A stretch of 64,000 nt of DNA from a virus (taxonomy: Duplodnaviria; Caudoviricetes). The notes beneath the pieces are model-generated. The model was not told where the DNA came from, made no database searches, and saw only the letters and a program-made list of their open reading frames with translations. The DNA is taken from IMG/VR virus record IMGVR_UViG_2894787282_000001, positions 32,001 through 96,000 of that record. One strand, written 5' to 3'. Position 1 is the first letter of the stretch; each line of letters opens with the position of its first letter. The translations under genes and the position numbers were made by a program. Shown in pieces: positions 29,333-39,672 of the stretch.

Positions 29333-29850
29333 GCCGCAAACCCGAGACAGCGTTCATTGATTCGGTCCACAGGCACTTACCCAAGAGCCTGTACCGAATC
29401 AAAAACAACAATCCCTTCAACGGAGGCCAAGCCGACTGCTGGTATAGCGGAAAATACGCAGACCTTTGGATTGAGTACAAATTCATCGAGCGTATAGCTA
29501 AAGACGGCGTTTGTGCAAACTTATCCGCACTGCAGTCTGAGTGGTTGCGTGATCGGTACTCAGAAGGCCGCAACATAGCGGTTATCGTTGGAAGCAAAGA
29601 CGGCGGCGTCCTCTTGCGTGATCTTGAGTGGGAAACTAAGCTCCCACAACAGACTTTTATAAACAATTTAAAAAGCCGCCAGGAACTTGCGCGGTGGATA
29701 CAAAGCGAAACCGGAGTCCAAAATGATAAAGTCCGAAGCGGAGATTTACCAGATACTCGAAGAACTCCTTCGAGCGGCGGGCAACACACCCCAGACGTGT
29801 GTCGACCTGCACGACGACCCACGCGTGCGGGCGCTCGCACCCAGCCCTAA
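29329..29850 (+). CDS. VRR-NUC/resolvase-like PD-(D/E)XK nuclease
   Basis: G.ADCWY...WIEYK...LS.LQ..WL. Confidence 0.7.
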   Translation: MSRKPETAFIDSVHRHLPKSLYRIKNNNPFNGGQADCWYSGKYADLWIEYKFIERIAKDGVCANLSALQSEWLRDRYSEGRNIAVIVGSKDGGVLLRDLEWETKLPQQTFINNLKSRQELARWIQSETGVQNDKVRSGDLPDTRRTPSSGGQHTPDVCRPARRPTRAGARTQP

Positions 29851-30109
29851 CCGCGTCAGCGACTACCTCGGCCACATGTGGCGTAGAGGTCTAGTACAGC
29901 GCTGGTACGCCAGCAAGGAAACCGCGCAGCGTTCGCGCTATGCCTACACCTGGATTGATCAACCTGAAGAAAAGCCTGAGCCTGTATCCCGCCTGACAGT
30001 GCCTCAGCGCAAAGCCGCGCCAGAGAAGCCCAACGTGACGGTCGTCGAAGACGATGGCAGCATCACGCTTGACTTCAAAGAATTCACCATCACGGTCAAG
30101 CGCAAATAA
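29723..30109 (+). CDS. Putative winged-helix DNA-binding protein
   Basis: GGAG RBS; VSDYLGHMWRRGLV.R helix/wing pattern. Confidence 0.5.
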   Translation: MIKSEAEIYQILEELLRAAGNTPQTCVDLHDDPRVRALAPSPNRVSDYLGHMWRRGLVQRWYASKETAQRSRYAYTWIDQPEEKPEPVSRLTVPQRKAAPEKPNVTVVEDDGSITLDFKEFTITVKRK

Positions 30110-30406
30110 AGCGGGCTGCGGGTGACTGCAGCCTTTATTTAAACCCACAACTCTAACGAGGTCTTATGAACATCAATACAGATGACGAACGAGCACGTCT
30201 GATCGGCGGCGCATCATGAGAGCGGGCTGGAAGAACGACCCCGCCACGCGCGCCTACTTCGAGATCAAGCGCGCCGTCCAGCAGCACAACGCACGCTGCA
30301 ACCAGATGCATGAGATTCAGCTCCAGGCACTGGATGTGGTGGCCGCAGAACTTCTCAAGACCGCTGCGGACGCAGCGAACCGCAGCAAAGAAACGAGGCA
30401 CTGAAG

Positions 30407-31060
30407 ATGACAAAGCTCACTGACTTGTCGGGAAAGGTCATCGGGCGACTGTTCGTTCAACGCCGTGCCAAAGACTTCGTACAGCCAAACGGTCGAAAGC
30501 GCGCTCAATGGCATTGCATCTGTGCCTGCGGAAACGTGATATTGGTTGAAGCCAGCAATCTTGCTTCAGCTCACACACGTTCTTGCGGGTGCCTGGTTGT
30601 GGACACCTGTTCTGACGTTGGATGCAAAAATCGAACGCACAGCAAGACAGACACCCGCGAATGGAACGCGTGGGCCGGAGCCAAGAGTCGGTGCTCTAAT
30701 CCAAACGTAAGCGCGTTTAAAAACTACGGTGGGCGTGGAATAACAATGTGCCGTCGATGGCTAAATTCATTCGCAGCGTTTTTTGCTGACATGGGGCCTT
30801 GCCCTCCAAGATTCACTCTCGAACGCAAAGATGTGAACCGAGGCTATACCCCCAAAAATTGCATCTGGGCTTCAGCCAAAACGCAAGCCCGCAATAGACG
30901 CACCACTGTTTATGTGCGGCGTAAAGGCCGAAAAATCACTTTGGCTCAAGCGGCTGAAGACCACGGTTTACGACTTAGCCTTGTGCGCGACAGATTTTGC
31001 CGCCAAGGTTGGAGTCTTGAAAGATCATTAACAACCCCTGTAAGGAAAATCTGTGTTTAA
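30407..31060 (+). CDS. HNH homing endonuclease
   Basis: W.C.C.CG...SCGC; RC.NPN....NYGGRGI..C.RW...F.ADMG...ER.D.N.GY.P.NC.W. Confidence 0.87.
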   Translation: MTKLTDLSGKVIGRLFVQRRAKDFVQPNGRKRAQWHCICACGNVILVEASNLASAHTRSCGCLVVDTCSDVGCKNRTHSKTDTREWNAWAGAKSRCSNPNVSAFKNYGGRGITMCRRWLNSFAAFFADMGPCPPRFTLERKDVNRGYTPKNCIWASAKTQARNRRTTVYVRRKGRKITLAQAAEDHGLRLSLVRDRFCRQGWSLERSLTTPVRKICV

Positions 31061-31919
31061 ACCATTACTTGCTGCAGCTATTGAAGACGTCACCAAGCTA
31101 GATTTTTCACGAGGCTGGATGGTTTCCGCCAAGCTCGACGGCGTACGCGCCATCGTTAAGGATGGCATCGTACTCTCACGAAGTCTGAAGAAGATTCCAA
31201 ATCTGCACGTTCAGACTCTGTTCGGCCAGTGCGAGCACTTCGACGGCGAACTCATCGTCGGTGAACCGACCAGCAAGACCTGTTACACCGACACGGTGTC
31301 CGGGGTCATGCGTGTCAGCGGGCAACCCGACGTGCGGTTCTACGTGTTCGACAGCGTTCAGTTTCCGCAACGCACCTACTTCGAGCGCCGCCCTCGGCTT
31401 TCAGACGAACAAAAGCACCTCGTCGAAGTTAAGCAGACCGTCATCAACGACCTCGACGAGCTACTGGCAATGGAACAGCGCCACCTGACGCTGGGCTACG
31501 AAGGCTTGATCCTACGTGACCCAAACGGCAAATACAAGTTTGGACGCAGCACGGCCAATGAAGGTATTTTGCTCAAGCTCAAGCGTATGGAAACCGACGA
31601 AGCCGTCGTGCTTGCGGTCGTCGAAGAGCAGCACAACGGCAACGAGGCGACAACCAGTGAGCTGGGCCGCACCAAGCGCAGTTCGCACCAAGCGAACAAG
31701 ACGGGCAAGGGTTCGATGGGCGCGCTGCATGTGCGTGATGTCAAGAGCGGCATCGACTTTCACATTGGAACAGGCTTTACCGCTGAAGACCGCGCAGCCC
31801 TTTGGGCCAAACCACCTATCGGGAAGATCGTCAGCTACAACCACTTCCCTATTGGGCGCGTTGACCGACCCCGACACCCCTCGTTCAAGGGGTTCCGCGA
31901 CGCGCGAGATATGTCATGA
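31053..31919 (+). CDS. ATP-dependent DNA ligase (small, viral type)
   Basis: KLDGVR, FDGEL, VFD, EGLILR, LLKLK, IGTGF. Confidence 0.9.
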   Translation: MFKPLLAAAIEDVTKLDFSRGWMVSAKLDGVRAIVKDGIVLSRSLKKIPNLHVQTLFGQCEHFDGELIVGEPTSKTCYTDTVSGVMRVSGQPDVRFYVFDSVQFPQRTYFERRPRLSDEQKHLVEVKQTVINDLDELLAMEQRHLTLGYEGLILRDPNGKYKFGRSTANEGILLKLKRMETDEAVVLAVVEEQHNGNEATTSELGRTKRSSHQANKTGKGSMGALHVRDVKSGIDFHIGTGFTAEDRAALWAKPPIGKIVSYNHFPIGRVDRPRHPSFKGFRDARDMS

Positions 31920-32359
31920 AGACGCACGGCCACGGCTCAGTTGCAAAGGGTATCTCTACGACTTACCGCAGCTGGCAAGAGATGCGTAAACGGTGCAACA
32001 ACCCGAACGTGATCAGCTACAAAAATTACGGCGGGCGGGGTATACGTATTTGCCCGCGCTGGGATTCATATGAAGCGTTCCTTCAAGACATGGGCGAGCG
32101 CCCACCAGGCACCAGTCTCGACCGCAAAGATGGCGAAGGCGACTACACGCCAGAAAACTGTTGTTGGTCTACACGTTTGGTCCAAAACAACAACCGACGC
32201 AACTGTCTTTTTGTGACACACCTCGGGCGTAAACAAACCGTTGCACAGTGGTGCACCGAGCTGAAATTGAACTACGCACGGACCTACAGCCGATTGTTTC
32301 GTTCGTGTATGCCTCCCGCGCAAGCCTTCGCAGCGCCAGCTCTGCGCAAAAGCCTATGA
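31916..32359 (+). CDS. HNH homing endonuclease
   Basis: W.EMRKRC.NPN...YKNYGGRGI.IC.RW...DMGERP...SLDR.D..G.Y.PENC.W. Confidence 0.85.
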   Translation: MKTHGHGSVAKGISTTYRSWQEMRKRCNNPNVISYKNYGGRGIRICPRWDSYEAFLQDMGERPPGTSLDRKDGEGDYTPENCCWSTRLVQNNNRRNCLFVTHLGRKQTVAQWCTELKLNYARTYSRLFRSCMPPAQAFAAPALRKSL

Positions 32360-32542
32360 CCCGCCCCGAGTACGCAGCCGCTGAGGTCTGCTGTCTGGGT
32401 AAAGACAAGCTCAGCACGATGAACTTGGCGCGTGGCATCGCCAAGCGCATGTCCAAGGTCCGCGAGAAAGCCATTACGGCCTACAAGTGCCCGCACTGTG
32501 ATGCCTATCACGTCGGGGAAGATAACCGCAAAGGGAGACTCC

Positions 32543-33253
32543 ATGGAAAACCGAGAACTTGAATCCATCCGCCAGGAACTGGCCGGTCGCCTGGTGCAGC
32601 GCGAAGTGGTGTGCTGCGTCAGCAGCCTGATGACAGGCGTCATGCGGCTTAGCCAACTCGTGAGCTACGAAGAGATGCAGGACGCGCTGAGCACGGACTC
32701 TGACGAACTCTCAGAACTGTTCGTCAGACAGGACTACGAAGAAGCGGTACGTCAGTTCATCATGAACGATGCCGACCGCGTCGAACTCGAAGAAGTGGCT
32801 GAACAGCATGGCTACTGGAGCGAGGTGCTGGTGGACGCCAAGGTGCCGGAGGTCTTCGAGTCATCGCCCGACGAAGACGGCGACACGCTCTGGGGCTACG
32901 AAGGGGCGGACCCCACGTACGGCGACGAAGACGATGCCCGCGAAGCCGCCATAGAGTCCGTCTTGCCCGCCATCCGAGCCTGCGTCTGGGAGCTGATCAA
33001 CACCGATGACGAGTACCAGTGGGTGTGCCGCGAGTACGACCTCGACTACGACTACGACGAGGTTTACGAGCACTGGGTGGTCAGTGGCTGGTTGCAGCGT
33101 AAGCTGGCCGAGAAAGGCGAGATCACGGGCGACCTGTGCGGCCTGACGATCTGGGGCCGCTGCTGCACCGGACAGAGCATGGTGCTCGACCACGTCATTC
33201 AAGAAATCACCCGTGAGCTGTGGCCCGAGGAATGGCCTGGGGAGAAGGCGTGA
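32543..33253 (+). CDS. Highly acidic hypothetical protein
   Basis: Asp/Glu-rich; EVYEHWVVS...IWGRCCTGQ; GGGAG RBS. Confidence 0.7.
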   Translation: MENRELESIRQELAGRLVQREVVCCVSSLMTGVMRLSQLVSYEEMQDALSTDSDELSELFVRQDYEEAVRQFIMNDADRVELEEVAEQHGYWSEVLVDAKVPEVFESSPDEDGDTLWGYEGADPTYGDEDDAREAAIESVLPAIRACVWELINTDDEYQWVCREYDLDYDYDEVYEHWVVSGWLQRKLAEKGEITGDLCGLTIWGRCCTGQSMVLDHVIQEITRELWPEEWPGEKA

Positions 33254-34014
33254 TGGAAGCGCGCATCCCTTTTTCCGGGTTCTACGAAACCAAGTGGTCC
33301 GAAGGCATCGACGAAGAAGAAAACCGTTACGCCGAAGAGCTGGCTGCCGAGTACGACGTTCCTATGAGCGAAGTTGCTGCGCTGCTTTTCCGTCACACGA
33401 AGTACCACGACGCTTACCGCCAAGTGGCCCGCGACTACGTGCCTTCTTTCTCAGCCCTCATCGACGTGCCCATGACCTACAAGGACATGACGAGCCCGCG
33501 CGAGTACAACTTCGAGACCGACCGTGTCTTCGTCGAGGTGGCCTACAAGGACATGCTGCGCTTGGCCCGGCGCGTCGGGCGCAAGGCGCTGCGCAAAGCT
33601 GCCAAGGACATGTTCACGTCGCGCAGCGGCTTCATCAGTTTCTATGACGCCGATATAGCACGCTGGGGACCGCTGCGGGGCTGGGACCACAACCAGCTGT
33701 ACTGCCTACTGACTGCTGCGGTCGACGCCCTGGACGAAGAAGACTGGGACTGGAGCATCTACGAAGACTTCCTCTCCAACGGCGACTTCTCGAACGCCTT
33801 CCACGGCGCACTCGACAGTGAAGCCTTGATGCTGAACATCGGCAAGCTCGTTGGACGGCGCGAGCTGCGCGAAGAACTCGAAGAGTCCGACGACGACGGT
33901 GGTAAGCGGTTCCCAGTGGCTTGGTCCAACACCGCCGACTATGTCAACCGCTACAACGCAATGAACCCGGATGTGCCGCCAACCTCAGTCGTTTTTGTCA
34001 GGATCACACCATGA
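33253..34014 (+). CDS. Acidic protein, antirestriction-like candidate
   Basis: IPFSGFYET...SPREYNFETDR...FTSRSGFISFY; coupled start. Confidence 0.6.
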   Translation: MEARIPFSGFYETKWSEGIDEEENRYAEELAAEYDVPMSEVAALLFRHTKYHDAYRQVARDYVPSFSALIDVPMTYKDMTSPREYNFETDRVFVEVAYKDMLRLARRVGRKALRKAAKDMFTSRSGFISFYDADIARWGPLRGWDHNQLYCLLTAAVDALDEEDWDWSIYEDFLSNGDFSNAFHGALDSEALMLNIGKLVGRRELREELEESDDDGGKRFPVAWSNTADYVNRYNAMNPDVPPTSVVFVRITP

Positions 34015-34226
34015 CCCACGAACCCTACTTCGCAGCCCGCAGCGGTCAGCGCTACACCTTCCGCTCGATAGCTGAGGCCATCCACGAAGACCACCCGCAC
34101 CTCGACGGCAAGCACATCTTTGTGCAGCTCGACGCGGTGGACCTGCGTGCTGAGTTCGACGCAGGCGACACGCCGTACGGCCTGCCCTATTCGTTCACGG
34201 ATTACCTGGAGACAGCTCATGCGTAA
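34011..34226 (+). CDS. Small hypothetical protein
   Basis: Coupled ATGA start. Confidence 0.5.
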   Translation: MTHEPYFAARSGQRYTFRSIAEAIHEDHPHLDGKHIFVQLDAVDLRAEFDAGDTPYGLPYSFTDYLETAHA

Positions 34227-35157
34227 ACGCACCACCTATCTTGAAGACGTCGAAGGCGTTGACTGCGAACTGACGTTTGAACCTGTCGAATGGATCGACA
34301 TGCACAAGGCCAAGGTCGACGACAAGTACGTCGTCGCCTACTGCGTACAGGACAACGACTACCGCGACATCGACGACCTCCTGGGCGACTGCATGGGCAA
34401 GATGTACAGCTTCCACCGGCACGCTGGGCACGACGACCACTCTAACGGCCTCGAAGCGCTGGGCAACACCTCTGACGGTGAAGCGGACCTCGACGCGGTG
34501 TGGGACAGGGCCTGGCATGAAGCCACAGATCGGCTCGTCAAGCGCGTCATGCTGCGCTACGAACTGGCCGACATCGCAGCAACGTACGACGGCACATCGT
34601 ATGAAGAGCCGTACCAGGATCAGGAAAAGTACGTCGAGTCGTGCCTGCGTCAAGACTGCAATGACAGCGGCTGGGCCAACATCATGTACGACGAAGACCT
34701 CCGGGCTGTCCTCGAAGAAATGTGGTCCGAGCCCGCCTACTTCCCAGGTGACAAAGACGCGCAGCTGCTGGATGTTTACTCTCACAGCGGCGAGCACTGG
34801 AGCCTGAGCGGCGGCGGCATGCGCTGCAGGTGGGACACAGCCAGCGGCGCGGGCGTCTGGGTGCCTGACGAGTATCTGCGCCAGCAGCTCGACGATGACG
34901 AAGCCAAGGGCAAAGACCGCGCAGACCAGGCTCGCACCTACTGCGAGCAATTCCTCGACACGTACAACGACATCATCAGTGGCAACGTGTTCGGCTGCGT
35001 CGTCGAGTGGTTCGACGAAGACGGCACGAGCATCGACCACGACAGCTGCTGGGGCTTCATCGGTGACGACCACGCCCAGGAAGCGCTCAAGAGCGAGTTC
35101 TTCGACCCGGTGTGCAAGCGTCTGGCCGACGAAGTGCCTGCGGAGGCAGGGGTATGA
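34219..35157 (+). CDS. Highly acidic hypothetical protein
   Basis: Asp/Glu-rich; Y.HSG, G.VFG...DSCWGFIG. Confidence 0.7.
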   Translation: MRKRTTYLEDVEGVDCELTFEPVEWIDMHKAKVDDKYVVAYCVQDNDYRDIDDLLGDCMGKMYSFHRHAGHDDHSNGLEALGNTSDGEADLDAVWDRAWHEATDRLVKRVMLRYELADIAATYDGTSYEEPYQDQEKYVESCLRQDCNDSGWANIMYDEDLRAVLEEMWSEPAYFPGDKDAQLLDVYSHSGEHWSLSGGGMRCRWDTASGAGVWVPDEYLRQQLDDDEAKGKDRADQARTYCEQFLDTYNDIISGNVFGCVVEWFDEDGTSIDHDSCWGFIGDDHAQEALKSEFFDPVCKRLADEVPAEAGV

Positions 35158-35350
35158 AATTCAAATTCACCACCACACCGCTCAAAGACTTGCCGCTGGG
35201 CAGCGTCGTCGACGGCTACAAGCTCACCGCGCGCTCGGCCACTGGCAACGGCTGCTTCGCACATCGTGTCGACGCCGACGGCTTCCCGACCACGCCGCGC
35301 GAGAAAGTCCTGCTGCTTTACACGAACGAACAACCTGTCGAGGAACAGAC

Positions 35351-35758
35351 ATGAAAACACCACTCTTTGAACTCGGCCAGATCGTGGCCACCCGAGGCGC
35401 GCCTGTGGACGCCGACCTCGACAAGCTGGTCAAAGAGCTGGCTGACGTGGGCTACTACGCCATCCGCCTCGACCACAAGGAGTGGGAACGCTGGGCCTGG
35501 CCCGGTGGCTACCCGCTCTACTACCTCTGCGCTGACGGCGGCGTGCTGTGCAGCAAGTGCGCGAACAAAGAGATTGAGTTGACCAGCACTCCAGACGCTG
35601 AGGCGGACTGGCACATCGTCGCGGCTGACATCAACTACGAAGACCCGCATCTGGAGTGCAGCGCCTGTGGCGAATTCTGCGAGTCTGCGTACGGTGAACC
35701 GATTGACAAGGACATGGGGTCCTCGCACAGCAGCGTCTGCCCAGGAGCCACATCATGA
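35351..35758 (+). CDS. Zn-binding hypothetical phage protein
   Basis: AWPGGYPLYY...LC..CA...INYED..L.C..CG...ESAY. Confidence 0.65.
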   Translation: MKTPLFELGQIVATRGAPVDADLDKLVKELADVGYYAIRLDHKEWERWAWPGGYPLYYLCADGGVLCSKCANKEIELTSTPDAEADWHIVAADINYEDPHLECSACGEFCESAYGEPIDKDMGSSHSSVCPGATS

Positions 35759-35970
35759 CCGCCACAGCCACAGCCACTCTGCAAGACGTGCACGGCAAGA
35801 AGGGCCGTGGCAGCCGGATCGAGGTCAAGTTGTCTGCCACCCAGATCGACTTCCCGTACACCGACGAGGCGCAGCGCCTGGCCCAGTTGGGCAACGCCCG
35901 CGCCTACCTCAAGCACGCGCAGCAGGCCGGTGCCAAACTGAAGATCAAGGAACTGGAGGACAAGGTATGA
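35755..35970 (+). CDS. Small hypothetical protein
   Basis: AGGAG RBS, coupled. Confidence 0.5.
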   Translation: MTATATATLQDVHGKKGRGSRIEVKLSATQIDFPYTDEAQRLAQLGNARAYLKHAQQAGAKLKIKELEDKV

Positions 35971-36596
35971 GCACATTAAGTGGTTCAATTATCGGGAGGT
36001 GGCGTGTTTTTGAGCGTGTCGCAGAACCACGCAAAGAAACAAAATACAGATGCATATGCGTGTGCGGCACTGAGCGCTTGATTCGCGCGTCCAGACTTTC
36101 TTCGTTTGACTCGCTGTCATGTGGGTGCATGGCAAAAGACCTTCTCTCTGAAGCCACTAAAACGCATGGAATGTCTAAATCCGCCGAGTTCCGCGCTTGG
36201 GCAAACATGTGGGACCGTTGTACGCGGCCCACGCACAAACAATACCCGCAATACAAAGCGCGAACGCCGCCATTGCGCTGGCGCTCATTTGAAATGTTTC
36301 TTTCGGATGTAGGGCTCCGCCCAAGCAAATTGCATTCTTTGGACAGGATAGACAACAGCAAGCCTTATGGACCCGATAACACACGTTGGGCGACATCCAC
36401 ACAGCAGCAAAACAACACGAGCCGCACAGTTCGCTTAACCCACGCTGGGCGCACGCAAGGCATCGCGCAATGGGCGAGAGAACTAGGTGTATCAAAAAGC
36501 ACTTTGTGTACGCGCCTTTATCGCGGCTGGACCGTAAACGAAATACTCGCGCGGCCCATCCGTGCTAAGCATAAGGAGCAGCAACTATGTCCATGA
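35967..36596 (+). CDS. HNH homing endonuclease
   Basis: C.C.CG...SCGC; W..M..RC; SLDRIDN...Y.P.N.RWAT...Q.NN. Confidence 0.85.
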   Translation: MSTLSGSIIGRWRVFERVAEPRKETKYRCICVCGTERLIRASRLSSFDSLSCGCMAKDLLSEATKTHGMSKSAEFRAWANMWDRCTRPTHKQYPQYKARTPPLRWRSFEMFLSDVGLRPSKLHSLDRIDNSKPYGPDNTRWATSTQQQNNTSRTVRLTHAGRTQGIAQWARELGVSKSTLCTRLYRGWTVNEILARPIRAKHKEQQLCP

Positions 36597-36783
36597 TTTT
36601 GATCGAAGTCCGTGGCGGCATCGTCAACACCGTCTGGTGCTCTGAGCCCGACGGTGTGGAGGTCTTTATCCGTGATCTCGACGACATCTACGACGCCGAC
36701 GATCAGGTCTTCGACCCGCTGGTCGCCATACCCGGCCTGAAGGAACTGCGTGTTCCGCACTTTGTAATTTACTAGGAGGATTT

Positions 36784-37116
36784 ATGAACCCCATCGAAGC
36801 ACTACGGGCCTCGGGCCTGAACCCCATCGTCATCGACGAAGACACCGACCTGGACAGCGCCTTGGGCGAGCTGCTGGGTGAAACCGCCACGCCGCCGCGA
36901 CCCGAGACGAACGAAGAATTCATCGCCCGCGTCATGAACTTTGGTTGCCCAACGGGCGCACTGATTCAGTCCTTCATCATCGAAGCTCTGATGCAGTACA
37001 GCCAGAAGGTGTCCGAGAGCGACGCTGTCTGGGACAACGGCCTGCTCAACTCCGCGACGTGCAAGCGCACGGCAGTGTGGCTGCTGGCCGAAATCAACGC
37101 TAAGTACAAAGGCTGA
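36784..37116 (+). CDS. Hypothetical protein
   Basis: GGAGG RBS. Confidence 0.6.
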   Translation: MNPIEALRASGLNPIVIDEDTDLDSALGELLGETATPPRPETNEEFIARVMNFGCPTGALIQSFIIEALMQYSQKVSESDAVWDNGLLNSATCKRTAVWLLAEINAKYKG

Positions 37117-37446
37117 GCATGTTCTGGAAAGTTTTAGCTGGCATGGCCAAGGGTTCGTTCTATCTCAGTCGCACAGCCACAGCCCTTGGTGCGGCGGTCG
37201 TCATCACGGTGGGCGTGTACGACTTTCTCAAAGCTCGGAAACGCCACGACGAGCAACCGGTACGGAGGATCAGATGAAAGCGTTTTACGTCGAAGTCACG
37301 AAGATTATCGTGATCACTATCGAGGCTGAGGACTATGACTCCGCCATTAAAGAGATCGAAAAACAGGAAACTGACGGTGAGCATGGGTATAGCTGGGTTC
37401 GGGCTGAGCCCCAGTTCAAACTGCTCGACGAATTCAATCTATAGCT

Positions 37447-37752
37447 ATGACCCTCGTCCTCAGCCCCGAGGAACTGGTCAGCCTGACCGGATACAAGCAG
37501 CCTGCCCGGCAGGCCAAGTGGCTCAAGACCAACGGCTTCAAGTTCATCATGAACCGCTTCAAACAGCCCAAGGTCGACCGAGCCCACTACCACGCCAAGA
37601 TGGGGCTTGGCAAGATCAAAGAGCCCGAACCGAACTGGACCGCGAAACAAGGAGCAATCAATGAGCAACAACCTGCCCGTGCCAGGCGTGCCGGGCCTGT
37701 ACCAGCGTCCCGGCAAGCGCCGGGTCTTGTACTTCTGCAAGCCTCAAAATAA
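37447..37752 (+). CDS. Excisionase-like protein (DUF4224-like)
   Basis: LS.EEL..LTGYKQ...Q.KWL..NG..F; overlaps integrase start. Confidence 0.72.
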   Translation: MTLVLSPEELVSLTGYKQPARQAKWLKTNGFKFIMNRFKQPKVDRAHYHAKMGLGKIKEPEPNWTAKQGAINEQQPARARRAGPVPASRQAPGLVLLQASK

Positions 37753-38707
37753 ATACACGCCGCTGGGCTACGACCTCGAAGTGGCCAAGGCCGAGCTGGC
37801 CAAGCTCATGGAAACGCCGCCCGCGCCAGGCCAGCACACCGTGGCGTACATGTGCCACGAGTTCATCAAGGAGCAGCGCGCGTACATCGCCGCGCATGAC
37901 CCAGAGGCACGCGCGGTCAGCACCATCGACGACTACGAGGCCAGCCTGACGCGCTTCATCATCCCGGTCTTCGGCCACATGCACCCGGACAGCGTGACCA
38001 AGAACCACATCGCCAAGTACCTCAAGGATGGCCGTGCCACACGGCGTGTTCGGGCCAACCGCGACCGCGCTGCACTCTCCGGCGCCTACAAGTTCGGCCT
38101 CGGTGAAGGGCTGGCGCAAGCCAACCCCTGTATCGGCGTGCCGCGCAACATGGAGCGTGCCCGTACGCGCAAGGTCTCCATCGCAGAGTTCAACGACTTT
38201 CTGGAGCACGCCCGCAGCAAGGGCGGCTCGGCCTACCTCGTGGCCCTGATCGGCTGCACCGTGGCTCTCACCGGCAGGCGCCGGGCCGAGATACTGCACC
38301 TGACCAAGAGCGCTCTGCAGCCCGAGGGCTTCAAGGTCAAGGACTCCAAGACCAAGTTCAACGAGCCTGAGCGCCACTACCTCATCGCCTGGAGCGACCT
38401 GCTGCACCAGGTGATAGCTGAGGTGGCAGCGATCAAACGCCGGGTGTCGAGCATCTACCTGTTCGCCACGCTCGACGGCACGCCGTACGTCGACGCAGGC
38501 TTCAAGTGCCTGTGGAACCGGCTGATGCACAGCTACGCACCGGGCGGCACCAAGGACGCCAAGTGGTTCACGGCGCACGACCTGCGCGCACTTTATGTCT
38601 CAGAAATGAAACACCAGGAGCGTGATCCCAACACCCACCGCCAGGAAAAGACCATGAACCGGGTCTATGACCGGCGCGAATTGATCAAGGTAACGCCGCT
38701 GGCGTGA
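37661..38707 (+). CDS. int: Tyrosine integrase
   Basis: TG.RRAEIL.L, KT, HDLRA, C-terminal VY; AAGGAG RBS. Confidence 0.88.
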   Translation: MSNNLPVPGVPGLYQRPGKRRVLYFCKPQNKYTPLGYDLEVAKAELAKLMETPPAPGQHTVAYMCHEFIKEQRAYIAAHDPEARAVSTIDDYEASLTRFIIPVFGHMHPDSVTKNHIAKYLKDGRATRRVRANRDRAALSGAYKFGLGEGLAQANPCIGVPRNMERARTRKVSIAEFNDFLEHARSKGGSAYLVALIGCTVALTGRRRAEILHLTKSALQPEGFKVKDSKTKFNEPERHYLIAWSDLLHQVIAEVAAIKRRVSSIYLFATLDGTPYVDAGFKCLWNRLMHSYAPGGTKDAKWFTAHDLRALYVSEMKHQERDPNTHRQEKTMNRVYDRRELIKVTPLA

Positions 38708-38717
38708 AGGAAGAACT

Positions 38718-38894
38718 ATGGTTTACATACAACGTCGCGGCAACGGATACCTCGAAACAGTAGACGAGTTTGAAACAATGGACGAGGCAAAAAAGATGTT
38801 GGGCGAGTATCGGCTGAGCGATCCGTCCGCTGAATACTACACATCGTCTCGCCCGTGCAAGGGTTGGAATAGCGACGCCAACCCGGCACAGTGA
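38718..38894 (+). CDS. Small hypothetical protein
   Basis: AAGGA RBS; ETVDEFET..EA..ML.EY. Confidence 0.5.
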   Translation: MVYIQRRGNGYLETVDEFETMDEAKKMLGEYRLSDPSAEYYTSSRPCKGWNSDANPAQ

Positions 38895-38910
38895 AACGCA
38901 GGAGGACCAA

Positions 38911-39129
38911 ATGTCAACAAGTGCTGAACACGTCAAACAATTCTTTGACCTTCTGAACTCAGGCAAGAAAGCCGCGCTCGACGTACGCCTTGACACAGGC
39001 GAAGTGTTTTGTCAGGCGACGCACAACACGGCGACCGGGGCAGTCGGTAACGGTACACCCGGCCAGACGTTCACAGAACGCTGGACCCGCGTCGCAAGTT
39101 GTGCCGATGGGAAGCTAACGCAGTCATGA
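38911..39129 (+). CDS. Small hypothetical protein
   Basis: AGGAGG RBS. Confidence 0.55.
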   Translation: MSTSAEHVKQFFDLLNSGKKAALDVRLDTGEVFCQATHNTATGAVGNGTPGQTFTERWTRVASCADGKLTQS

Positions 39130-39278
39130 CGCCTGCTGAGTCAGCCACCGCGAACTCAGGGCTCTGCCCGAAGTGCCTGATACCTTTCGACGTCAAACAC
39201 AGAGCGCCGGTTGAAGGCGGCGGAGAACTCTGGGCCGCGTACTGTCGAAAGTGTGGCTCGACGTACATCCTCGGCTAA
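39126..39278 (+). CDS. Small Zn-ribbon protein
   Basis: CPKC...CRKCG; coupled start. Confidence 0.45.
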   Translation: MTPAESATANSGLCPKCLIPFDVKHRAPVEGGGELWAAYCRKCGSTYILG

Positions 39279-39309
39279 AAATAAACCCGCTCTAGGCGGG
39301 TTTATTTTT
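39277..39309. terminator. Bidirectional rho-independent terminator
   Basis: AAAAATAAACCCGC-TCTAG-GCGGGTTTATTTTT between convergent phage arm and tRNA. Confidence 0.8.
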
Positions 39310-39334
39310 GGTGTCGAGCTGTGGTCTTTGCGAC

Positions 39335-39374
39335 TTGCTACGTTTCACCGTTTTTGCTACGATTTACGCTACTA
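39335..39374. repeat. Putative integrase arm-type sites
   Basis: TTGCTACG at 39335 and 39354, CGCTACTA at 39367, adjacent to the tRNA 3' end. Confidence 0.45.
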
Positions 39375-39401
39375 TTTTTGTAGTGCGAAACCCTTTATTA
39401 C

Positions 39402-39478
39402 TGGGGTGGCTGATGGGGCTCGAACCCACGACAACAGGAATCACAATCCTGGACTCTACCAACTGAGCTACAGCCACC
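39402..39478 (-). tRNA. tRNA-His (GTG); prophage attachment site
   Basis: GGTGGCTGTAGCTCAGTTGGTAGAG...GATTGTGATTC...GGTTCGAG...CAGCCACCCCA with G-1 and CCA. Confidence 0.97.
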
Positions 39479-39672
39479 GTGCCCAAAATTATAACATCAC
39501 ACCACAACCAAAATGCCGCGCACTTGAATCCAAAAGCGAGATAAGGCCATTAACTTTCGATGGCCTCGCTGTGAGGGGGAGCACAGTGCGGATTCAGACT
39601 CGCATGTTTTTTGGCATGCCTGCGTAGAACACAGATAAATTTTTGCAAGATAACCAGGCTTTTAGTGCCGGA

